64,000 bases of DNA, taken from contig JBHGNT010000003.1 of NCBI GenBank assembly GCA_043228905.1, forward strand, positions 23,870,001 through 23,934,000, in the 5' to 3' direction. The translations under genes and the position numbers were made by a program. Shown piece by piece: positions 21,676 through 33,189 of this stretch (the first letter of the stretch is position 1; each line of letters opens with the position of its first letter). The notes below the pieces were generated by a model. That model was not told where the DNA came from. It saw nothing but the letters and a program-made list of their open reading frames with translations, and made no database searches. Origin of the DNA: Azolla caroliniana (taxonomy: Eukaryota > Plantae > Polypodiophyta).

Positions 21676-24600
21676 CTACATTCTGTATAAGTATCTTGAC
21701 AGGGGGAAGTCAATACTTCTCGCAACCTGTGGAATAACAATCAAAATAACTGGTTAATCTTTTATACAAAACTGTCTTAAATGTAAAAGGACAACTTATT
21801 AAGCATGCAATTTTAAGTTAATATGCATCCTTGTGGTTTGACTTCGAAAGATGCAGTTTTACACATAAATTATATTAGCTTCATAGATGTAAAAGCTAGG
21901 TGCATCTAACTTATCATGTGAATTCTTATGCATAAGAAGACGGATTTTAAGATTACCATTTGAACAAGCTCTTCATTCACATTGCACCTATATCTAGGTG
22001 TCCCTTCCAACGGATCACTAGTTCCTTTATACAAAAGGTTTGACTTGACAAGGGTAGATATTTGCATCAGCACATCCGATGACATCTCTACACCATGCTT
22101 CACCTCTGAAGAAGTCATCATGCTTGCATCCGTTTCATCTTCATCATCAACAAATTCAGCAGAAATACAGCAAAATATCGCTAGAAGTCGCTCGAGAGGG
22201 AATGTACCCGGACCCTTTAGAAGCTTTTCTTGTCTCTCATGTTCCTTTTTCTCTATTGAAGCTTGGGAGCTCCTGGAAAAAAGGACAAGACTCAATGAGA
22301 AGATACCAAGAAAATGCAATAAGGACAATAGATGTATTTTCTTTTCTCTCATGTTCAGTTTTTGTCTGTTGAAACTTGGGAGCTTCAAGGATTCTCGCAT
22401 ATAACCAATGTAAGTTAAAAGAATATGCAATAAGATTCGATATGGGACTCCACGAATACACAAAAAAGGAGCAGTATCTTACTTTCTTTTGCGTTTTCGA
22501 CTTCCTCCTCCACTTGCATCAAACAAAGTAGCATCTAATGTAGCAGGGTTTCTTGAGCAAATGAAAGATGAAATTAAGAGATATTTGCTGCAGAGGGGAA
22601 GCTGAAAACCTAATTCTACTTGATCCATTGAACCTTTCCGTTGTTGGCCATTAGATGGAAAAATCCTTGGAGATTCCAAATATGAAAAGCCACAGATCTG
22701 ATGGAGGGCTGAAGTAATATGAGGTTGAATCAAAGAGAATAATTTCCTTTTTCCTTGATCATCGGGCTTGACAATTCCACGTCGTATAGGATCAATATAT
22801 TTCTGAAACAATGGTTCCAGTGCTTCAGAAAGCTCAGTCACACGCCTTGTTACTCGGCTAAAGGGCTTCAATACTGCACTATATCATAAGAATGCCAGAA
22901 AACAAACCTCACATTTAATAAAACGTTGAATAAAATCAAAACTATTCTCTAGCTCTGTCTAATAATTCACTGGCTACAGATATGCATCATCATAACTATC
23001 AGTTTCCAACTGCATACAAATCACCTTCCAATCAAACTTAGAATGAATGTGTTGACTCCATTACGCAAAAACACAGAATTCTTCCTTGTGTATACTAGAC
23101 GTGAAACTTATTGAGGTAGGGATGTATTATTTACAACTTACAAGAATACAGCATGGATTTTGAAATGACTGAAATTATGCAATAAAAACAATCACATTTT
23201 TCTTTTATTAGTGAACTAGTAAAGTCTGTCGATTTGTTCTTTATGCATAGTAGGTTCATGATTCATATATAAATATAATATGTCAAGAATAAAAAACAAT
23301 GGACATGTATCTGTATGGAAATTAAAAAATTAATGGTGCATGTGTACAGAGGATAAAAGGGAATATCATTATGGAACCACATTTTGTAAGTTCCAGTATA
23401 AAATTGTTTATAGCTACTATTAATGTTGCACATCAACAGGTATCACAGATAAAGAGTCTTAATTGACTATAGCACTACACAAAACATCCACATTACACTA
23501 TGATTTATTAGATATTTCTCTTAGTAATTTGTAAGTGCATATCATCGATCTTAATGGCGCTCAATAAGACTTGTATGAACTTTTTTTCAGCTCTGGCCCC
23601 AGTTAAAAGACATTTGCAAAACCATACACAAATTGCGGATGTTTTAGAAACCACAATAGCTCATCTGACACTTCAGTGGCATTATTATTGAAGTGTAGAC
23701 CAGGATGATGAACCATGCTATGCATTAATTATTTTCCCTCCCACTAATTAATACCTAAAATAAGGGATCAATAGGCATTCAGAGACAAACCAGCCTAAAA
23801 AATGAATCATTAACTGACAAAAAAGAGAAAGAAATATAATTGATTTTTCGGGGCAAAAGAGAAAATGAAAAAAGTAAAACCTTACCTTAAGAAAGAAGAA
23901 TACAAATCTCTATTAGGTTTTCTCCTCACAAGGATCTGATGCAAATCATCATCATTATAGTCCCGCATGTATATTGGAAGAAGCTCGAGCATACCAGTAC
24001 CTGAGAAAAACGCATCGGGTCCAAGGCTGCTAACGAATATGACTCCCAAATTCTGGAGCCAAGAAAATTCGGAAAGCCTTACTAATGAAGAGATGAGCCT
24101 AAAACCCCCAGTCCACTCTAGTAAAAGCTCGACATTATCAAATATGATGTAGACCATAGGAAGCAAGGAAGGGATCTCTTTGTCTTGGTTCTGCACTGAA
24201 CTATAAATTTGTTAGAAATTTTTATAAAGGTTTGCATCAAACATGCAAATCCAAAATGTGTGTCGTTAACTGAAACTGCAAAAATAACCCCATCTTACAA
24301 AGTATGTAAATGTTATATACACAATGTCGAATTTTTTGGAGGTCTTTATGGTTAAGAATTCAGGGATTAGACATAAGAAGAGTCTTATGGTTTAGGCAGG
24401 CAAATGTTTGGGGGTTGAGGAACTACTCAATTGTTAATTATGCACATAACTTGGGTTTGTTTCATGTCTTTCTTAAGGTCTTCTACAGTTGCTAAGGGAG
24501 GTAAAAGGCATACCTTCTTATTCAAGCCCTGTATAGATTCAACTGAAGCTATGGCGGACAGACACGCATCAGGAAGAAATTTGAGAAAATCGCCAAATTT

Positions 24601-25158
24601 GTCACATTTCTTCACGCTGCAAAACCCGTTTTCAGATGTCCGAACATGCCCGAAAAGCTGATTCAGTATTGATTCGAAGAGTATTCGAGGGCTGTGAGAA
24701 GACCTACAACTTGTATATGCGAAAGGTCTCTTCAATTGTTTGAAAGTCTCTAGAAGAATGGAAGTCTTACCCGTCGAAGCTCCACCATAAATGAAAAGAG
24801 GGAGGAGAGGATCTGATGGTTCTCCTACCAAACCGAGGATTTGTTTAATTTCATGGTTCCGAGAAGGGAAATTATTGATCAGATGTGTGTATAGAGATTC
24901 CAAATTCATTTCTTTCTTATCTTCTTCGCCTTCTTCTTTCTTCTTCGTCTTCTTCTGTTGTTGTTGCGGTGAATTATTCGTGTGATGATGATGATATCTG
25001 GGTTGATTTGGAGAGGGAGAAGATGAAAGGACACGATTCCTGGTCCTTCTTCCACCATCGCTAACAACAGGAGGGGAATTCTCTGAGGAGGTTTTGGGGC
25101 GTATCTCTGCTGTCTCTCCTGCGGACTCGACCCCTGCTTTCGCTGATAACAGATCCAT
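21676..25158 (-). CDS. ORC5: Origin recognition complex subunit 5; 5 exons
   Basis: N-terminal AAA+ region FPSRNHEIKQILGLVG...LFIYGGASTGKTS (Walker A), SCRSSHSPRILFESILNQL and YIIFDNVELL. ORC5_C region KYLLISSFICSRNPATLDATLFD and KGPGTFPLERLLAIF. The last exon VARSIDFPLSRYLYRM* ends at 21676. Confidence 0.93.
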
Positions 25159-25220
25159 AGCTACGACCTCTGTGTTTCAGTTCCTTCTTCTCACATTGTG
25201 TCTAGACGCTCACGCAGTGC

Positions 25221-25242
25221 TTTCCCGCCCTTTTTCCCCCGC
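25221..25242. promoter_or_regulatory. E2F binding site(s) upstream of ORC5
   Basis: Consensus TTTCCCGC at 25221-25228, about 63 bp from the ORC5 ATG, plus a variant TTTTTCCCCCGC at 25231-25242. Confidence 0.7.
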
Positions 25243-25290
25243 AGTCGGGCAGTTGTTAGAAATTACCAAAATACCCCTCCCGCTTCCGAA

Positions 25291-25294
<4 letters not shown>

Positions 25295-25339
<45 letters not shown>

Positions 25340-25590
25340 CACTGCATACAAGTATTAAGATATATAAATATATATGGTTTTTGCTTTTATGGCTTTGGAA
25401 ATTCACCGATATACCCCTCTCGGTTTATATGTACATACATACATTATTACATATATGTATATGTGTGTATGTGGTTTTTGCTTTTATCGGTTTGGAAATT
25501 CACCCATATACCCCTCTCAGGGTGTGTGTGTGTGTGTGTGTATGTGGTTTTTTATTTTATGGCTTTGGAAATTCACCGATATAACCCTCT
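25295..25590. repeat. (CT)n microsatellite followed by 3 copies of a ~50-bp unit separated by (TA)/(TG) microsatellite spacers
   Basis: (CT)~20 at 25295-25335; unit TGGTTTTTGCTTTTATGGCTTTGGAAATTCACCGATATACCCCTCTC at ~25375, ~25472 and ~25545. Confidence 0.85.
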
Positions 25591-27726
25591 TGGATTTTCG
25601 TCAAACATCAAACCCTCGCCCTCTTCTTGTTTCTTTGCTCCCAAAGGTGTCAGAGTTCTCGCAAAACCCGGCCCATGCAAAGAGCCCATCGATCCCTCCA
25701 CACCCCGAAGAGAACTTAATGGAGTGCATTGGGTTCACATCTTTCTTTCCCCATTGCTCAATTCCATGTTTATTTATAATCCCTTGCCCAAATCAACAAT
25801 GCAATGTACAACCTATCGATGAGAAATTTCTAGATTTAGCCCCCCACCACCACCACTCATGCCCCCTCTCTATTTTTGTTACTTGGGTGTACCCCTCATT
25901 CTTTCATACCTTCAATTTCAAAGCTCACTCAAAAACCCTCTCCTTGGTTTTTTCGAACTCAACTATCAAACAAGCTTACAAAAGTACCCTCCCTTGACAT
26001 GTTAAACACTCATGAATGCATTTCCACAAGGTTAGACACATTGTGTTGAGATTTGGTCGAGTTTGCATCGAAAAATCATGATTTAAGGCTTGTTATGCCA
26101 TGATGAAGAGGAGGGTTAGCGTTGATTGTCATTATTGGGGGTGTGGGAGGAAATATATTTTGTGATTGGCAACTTTCAATTCATATGCAAAATGATGACC
26201 AATCAAGTTTTAAGCTGATAGCACAAGCTATTATCGCTTGCTTCTTTACATTTTCAGGTCACCCATCTAATTGTGTGGGTAGATGTATGTTGACATGTTC
26301 TCTTTCTTGACTTGGCAAACGTTTTGTACCAATATCTTCTAGTGACGTTTGAATTGTGTGACATGATAAGAAAATGTTATCATTCCACGTGTCTCCTTCG
26401 AGATGCTTCCCTCCCCTTTGTAAACATAATTGCTTCTTCTTATTCCAATAGCTCGTTTCTCTATACATGCAATTGCTTAAGTTTCGTTATTCTAGGGCCA
26501 TGTCGACTCAAGACAATGTGTTGCACACAATGGTTTGATGTTACATCTATTATCAAGAACATTGACAAGCTCACCTTTTGTATTTTGCCAGATGCCCAAT
26601 GGAAACCATAAACATTGTATCAAACACTACATTCTACACAATTATCAAGGATCCATGGATATTTGACCACGAGGCATTAGGTTCAACATAGTGATTCCAA
26701 CAACGGGGATCCATGTATATTTAACCATGAGGCATTGCCCATAAAATCATCGAGTAAATGAGCAGAATTGAGCTAAGAAGTAGGGGGTTGGCAATATCAA
26801 GAAGCATAATTGTTCGTAAATCAATGCGACTTGAATTGAACCCAGGTCCAAGGATTGGCTATGTTATGTATGTGTATGTACCCTTTTCGCCAACTCCGAA
26901 TTGGTAAAATACCAAAATACCCCTAGAAATTTGGATGTATCCCAAATACTCTTTTAAGTTTCCAATGCAAATAAGACTGTGGCCCTCAATGTTTTCTAGA
27001 GAAGGGTGGGTAATTCTGGTAAATATGGAAAACCCATATAGGAAATAGCCAGCAGAAATGAGAGGGCATATTATCTGGTTGATTATGAGAAAGTTGAAAC
27101 TAATGGGAAATTGCCAACATAAATGAGGGGTATTTCTGGTGACTATGAGAATCTTGCAGGCAATGCCCAACACGATCGAGATTTCAATTTTCTGATCGAT
27201 ACCATCCTCCTCAGCTGCTTCAAGGTATGTAATTGCCCGAATTTGATCTCCTTGTTTATGCATACAGTCATTTCACACACAAATATACTTCTCTCCGGAG
27301 GATGCACTCCTCTGGAGGGCCTGTCCAAGGAAGTTTATTTCTAAAAAAATTCTCTGTAAATCTTGAAAGATGAGGAACAGATATCGTGAAATTTTTCTCT
27401 TTGAAGAAATCTGAGCGGGTTTATGACGTGAAGCGTGGTGGGTATGGAAGTGCTGCTTGAACCAATTATACCGTCATCAATTCATACCTTCCCCTCCTCC
27501 CCCTCCTCCCCCTGTCTTTCTGGAGGTCTAGGAAGGGGCATACAATGAAAAATTAGGGGCATTCAGGGGAAAGAAAAGAAAGATGTGAGGTTTATATCGG
27601 AGGATTATATTTTTCCCACTTTTAAGGCCACAAAATCTGGGTGTTTTTGGCAGGTTTGAAAGATTTCACAATGAAAGTTCAATGGAAAAAACTTTTTTAG
27701 GTTTGGAATGGGCAGGAATGAAGCAC

Positions 27727-29822
27727 ATGGATGGGATGATAAGTGCAGATGATTTTAAGTCATCATCTTTACAATTGATCGATGCTTGGGCAATGCATTG
27801 TAATGAGATGCCGTCATGGCATTGGAATGAATCCAACGGACATTCTCTCATGGTTTGTTAGTAATGAAAAAGAGGGTTTAGGGTTTAGGTTAAACTAAAT
27901 CTGAAACATCTCCCTAACTTTGTTAGTGGCCATCATTTAAACTTATAATACTTTTTTTTTTTTTTTCTAGGGTGTAGGTTACCTTTCCCTCGAGGATGTA
28001 CCTTTTGATAATATAAAATCTCTAGAAGAAGAGGTTAGACATCTTGGGCTATCTTTGTTACTATAACAAGGCTGAACACCCTCCTTTCACTGATTACATT
28101 TCTATCAGTTTTTTGCTTGTTTATGATTTTTTTTTCTGACAGTGTTTTCATAATGTACCAGAAATGAATGAAAATGATCCAGAAACTGTAAGTATAAATG
28201 ATGCAGATTTTGTCTTTGTATTATTATTATTATTTTCTCCAGGAGCATGTCCACTGTGTAGGACATTTTCAGATAAATATATTCTATAAACATGTTTTTC
28301 AGGTCCTTCCATCTTATGTTGAAAGCTATATTTTCACTTACCATGTAGTCTACAATGAGATTTTCAGGGTACCAAAGTTATTTTTGAGAGGACGCCATTC
28401 TGGTAAGGAGCCTTTTTTTTCATGTGCATGGATGGATGTATGTGTACATGTAAATGTGTGTATATATGTGTACATATGTATATAAATGTTTGTATAGATG
28501 TATCTACATTACATATATACACACTTCTATAAGTATTGTATGGAAGATGTTTTTGCTCTATATATCCATATACCACCCATGATTATTTCTTTTGGGTTCT
28601 ATGTAGATGGAAGACCACTTCCATGGGAAGATGTGCAAAAGATTCTGCCTGCTGGATCTTATCAAGAAAATGCAAAATGGACATTCTTGACATATGAGGT
28701 CTTCCCCTTTTAACTGTTTTAATTCTTCTTTGGTTTGATGAACTTTTCTCATGTTCTTGTTGCGATTATGCTGAATCACGTTTTAAGTCTTCATAATACT
28801 ATGAATCCATTTGACTTGCATCTCCTTGGATGGACCCCTTTCTAAAATCTATCAATGTGCTAAATAACTAGTTCTTGCACAGTATGCACAACTTAACCAT
28901 GTGTTCTCTTTTTCTCAAGTTCATTATCTGGTGAAGCATTTTAATCTGTATTGATATAGCACGACGTCATTTTCTTGATCAGAAGGTGATGAATGGTCGC
29001 CAAAAGTGTTGATATTGTATCAATTTTACAGTATATCATCATAATGGGAAGATGCAACCTAAATGCAATACTTGCTAGAAATATTCTGTTCCTGCTGGTC
29101 CATTAAAAAGTATTCGCACTATGTTATAACATTTTGGTCAATGCCACTGGTTTGGGTTGCTGGAACAACAATATTGTATGCTGTTACATTAACAAGTATA
29201 CACACTTTGTTATAACGTTTTGGTCAATGCCGCTGGTTTTGGCTGCTGGAACAACAATCATGATATCATGCAAATGCCACCAATGTTGTACTTCTAGACT
29301 GAATGTACAGAATATACAACAAAACCCGGGAACATCAGCCTCCTTTTAATATTCTAAGATGTCCATGAATACATATATTTATACTAGAACTTTTCAAAGA
29401 AATCTTTTTTCATGTGTCATGATTCTTGAGTATATCAAATGAATATATGCATATAACATAATATATATATAAGCGATGAATAGTATATAGATATGTGTGT
29501 GTGTGTACAAATTCTGATGTTTTCAACCTCTTTCTTTCAGGAGCATCCACATTTGCATATGCCTTGGCTAGCATTGCATCCCTGTGGTACAAGTGAACTC
29601 ATGAGCACGGTTCTTGCCTCATTAAATGCAAAGAACTCGGTAAAAGGTGGTGAATTTAGTGATGATGATTGCAAAGAATGTCCACACAACGATAACAGGC
29701 CCATTCTTCAAAAAATATCGAACATGTATATATTGGCATGGCTATCATTTGTCAGCCAGGCCACTCCATTGAAGCTTCCTACTGGATTCTCAAAATGTTT
29801 CTGTTTGAATTTAAATACATGA
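27727..29822 (+). CDS. ATG10: Autophagy E2-like conjugating enzyme ATG10, multi-exon
   Basis: Exons encode MDGMISADDFKSSSLQLIDAW...SWHW, GVGYLSLEDV, YIFTYHVVYNEIFRVPKLFLRG, DGRPLPWEDVQKILP...KWTFLTYE, EHPHLHMPWLALHPCGTSELM (catalytic HPCGT) and YILAWLSFV. An alternative in-frame ATG lies at 27682. Confidence 0.9.
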
Positions 29823-30104
29823 AAGGGCAATGTGGTATAGCTAAGGATTATACCAATATCAATGTTCTTATTTTGAGTTTGTGCCATTGATGTTGGCCCC
29901 TAAAGGCTCATATATTCCTTGAAAAAATAGTGATGTATGTCAACATGTTAGTTCATGGCTATTCTCCATTGCGTGTTCGATATAAATGTGTATTGTTAAC
30001 TTGGACAGACTAATTGAGAGCTCTGTTGTCAACAAATAGGAAAATTGATACATCTATAGAGCTTTCCAAGCCTATGATATCTTTATGAAGACCATTTCTT
30101 GTTG

Positions 30105-30635
30105 ACTTTATTTGTTTAATTGATAAGTTATCATTCATTGGTTTGAGGATCTTATGAATGTAGAGTTAATCACAATGAATTCCCTTTGCTATTGGTTTAG
30201 TTCAAGCTAATTTTTTGTGAATGAAAGTGCTATATATTGAAGATGAATAGCTTGATGTCAACACATCTAGCCCATGGCCAAGTGAATTTTAATAGAAATT
30301 TGAGGCCATGATATCTAACAAACAACATTTCTAGAAAACTTTATTTAATTATTTGATAAGTTGTTCATTACATCATAGATTTTTGATAGTTGATGAGTTT
30401 GATGCCCCCTAATTGAATTGTTAAATATCATTCAATAGTTTGTGTTTCTTATGAATGTAGAATTAGTCACACTAAATCTCCTTTGATATTGGTTTAGTTC
30501 AAGCTAATTTTTTGTGGATGGAAAGTGCCATATATTGAAGGCAAATATATTGATGTCAAATTCAACAAGTCAACACGTTTGTCTCATGGCCAAACGGATT
30601 TTAGTAGAAATCTTACAATCAATTTGAGGCCAACA
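30105..30635. repeat. Degenerate tandem duplication (~300-bp period)
   Basis: CTTATGAATGTAGA...TATTGGTTTAGTTCAAGCTAATTTTTTGTG..TGAAAGTGC..TATATTGAAG at ~30150 and ~30448. Confidence 0.8.
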
Positions 30636-31216
30636 GAAGATGCAACATTGACATCAATCTTCCCTAGTGTTTATGAAAACTTTTCTTTATTTTGTGGTCT
30701 ATTTTCATCATTAAAAATGTTTTGCTCATGTCCTAATTTATATTTTAAAAAGACTTTACGAACACTATTTGTCATGCAATCCAACGCCATAGTGTAGAAT
30801 GATTTTTTTCATGTATATTCTAAACACTTGACATTATGAGGTAAAATGATGGAATGAATAACATAATTAACAAGGTAATCAAAATTCTCTCATTTGCACA
30901 CATTTGTGATAAAGTAGGTCACCATGTACGAGATTGTGGGTATTGTCAAAGTGATATTATAAAGGAAAGTGAGTTTCCTTCTATGCATGAAATAATAGGA
31001 ACACATGGAAATATACAAGGGATAATTAGGAACACATGGAAATATACAAGGGTTCTAGTAAATAAGGTATAAGAGTTATGTTGGTCCACAATTTTATACA
31101 TGTCAAGATAAGGTTCATTTTTGTAGCAAAAAGAGGTTACTCTTTATATATATCATACTTTATATGAAACAAAGAAATAAAGATGGGTCTTTCCCAATAG
31201 AGACAAGCTTATCGAC

Positions 31217-31570
31217 CAGGTTTTGGATCAAACCTAACTGAACCGTTAAGCCATGGTTTAATGATTTATCAATTCCAAAATAATCAAATGGTTTGGTTTG
31301 GCTTTAAAACTCGGGTTTATCAATTTCTAGGTTTAAGTGGTTTGGTTTAAAGGCTTATTGGTTTTTAGATTATTTTTTTTCCTTTAATGGTTTAATTAAT
31401 GTTTTGTTTATTGATTTGATTAATTTAACTTAAATGCTTATTTAATTTAATGTATTTTTGTTCATTTAGTTTTTTAATTTGTTTGACTTAAATGGTTTAG
31501 CTTTTAATTTTTTATTAAATGGCTTAGTTCAGTTTCAAGGCAGAAAACCAAACCGAACCGAAACGGACCC
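31217..31570. mobile_element. Possible decayed MITE / non-autonomous DNA transposon (AACCG/GGTTT-rich ends, AT-rich core)
   Basis: AAACCTAACTGAACCG at the left and AAACCAAACCGAACCGAAACGG at the right, with many TGGTTT motifs. No clean TIR or TSD found. Confidence 0.3.
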
Positions 31571-31594
31571 ATAGCTAATGAAGACAACTAGCAT

Positions 31595-31860
31595 TACATG
31601 ATAATATTTTTGTTAGCACCATGTCAATCATGTCTACATCAAGTGAACGGTGATAAGAAGGCATTTGTGCGACCAGTAATAGACAAAATGACATTTTACG
31701 CAATCATCATCCTATACTATTTTCTAACATTTGACATGATAATATTTTTGTTAGTACCACTTCAACCATGTTGGCATCAAGTGATAAGAAGTCATTTGTG
31801 CAACCACTAATAGACAAAGTGACAATATACTTAATCTTCATTTTATGTTATTTTCTAACA
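31595..31860. repeat. Tandem duplication (~138-bp period)
   Basis: ACATGATAATATTTTTGTTAG...CATCAAGTG...TAATAGACAAA..GACA...TATTTTCTAACA occurs twice. Confidence 0.8.
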
Positions 31861-33189
31861 CGTTTAGTCACCCACTTGTGCACACACTATCATCTTTGAA
31901 TAGGTGAGCCATACAAAAGAAACAGATCTTTGGTAACAAACATCGAAGAAACTATATGGTTTCGTGTACCATTGACAATTCATCACTTCCAAAAAGGGGG
32001 CTATAACTTGCTTTTTGATAGTGCATGAACGTATTGGTCTCATTACTTAATTTTTGGAACTAATTTTTTTGACTAAGCTAAAGATCATAACTTTCTTGAT
32101 TAGTGCTTCTTGAGTATAAGACAATTTTATTCTTCCTACATCGATGTGACACACTCTTGTCGATGAAGAAAGATGGCATAAAAATTTATTTAAAGATAAA
32201 TTAGATATTTGAAAGGCCCCGAAACTGGCTTTTTCAATAAGATACATGGCTCATGAAGTGATTATTATTTAAAAGAAAAGAATAAATGTATGCTCCCATA
32301 ATGAAGTTCCTTGAAAAAAGACTCGCTTAAAAATCAAATTGCAAGTGTCACATGAACCCTACTTTTACTAGTCAACAACAATATACATGCAAAATCCCAA
32401 CATGTTTATATAATTGTTGTTGCTCATACTCAATGGGGAATTAATTTTATACTAGTTTCTATTTCTCACTATTTAGGAGATGAGGGCATAAAAGTTATGT
32501 CTCTTTCACTTCAATTACTCACCAACTTTTTCACATCATTGTTACATGGACCATTTGCTAGCTACTTGACCCAATCAAAGACCACCAAAATGTTTAGGTT
32601 CCTGGTTTCAAAATCCGATTTACCTATTTTTGGTATCCTAATGCAATCGTGCTTATTGGTTTTTTGCTGCAAGATTTGCTAGACGATCATTTCACATTGC
32701 ATTCATGAAAAATCAATCATTTTTTTAAACGTTTTTCCAGATGGGAGGGTGTACTAAGCGTTGAGCATTTCAACACAAAATGGAAAATTATAAAATCAAT
32801 GTCATTTTTTTCCTTATCCATTCAAAATTAATTTGTTACTTCTGCTGACAAAATGTCCATAATGTAGAGTTCAAATACAACTTGGACTACCTCAAAATTA
32901 AATAATTCCTTTTATACTTTCATAATTTGACAATGTACTTTTCTTTCGACATCCCAATAAAAGAAACACTTATCCAATGAAAGAAATACTTGTGGCAGAT
33001 GACATTAGTGGTCTCACATGGAGACCAAAGAGCATATCTTTTCAGCAAGTTGTCTTTTCCTCCATCAGAATGGTTGAGTTTTCATGCTGGAGATCCAACA
33101 AAGGTGATATAAATCTAGTGTTTTATAGCACATCTTTTGCTTGTATGCTTAACACAATCCAGAGTGGTACTACTTCAACAAGCTTACGA

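Noticed and set aside
25094-25997. Long + strand ORFs (242, 128 and 207 aa)
   Set aside because: They run through microsatellites and tandem repeats in the ORC5 promoter and have no recognisable domain
32977-33189. ORF-track N-terminal extension of the LRR-RLK
   Set aside because: The signal-peptide-like segment begins only after Met 33190, so the upstream part is probably UTR or promoter
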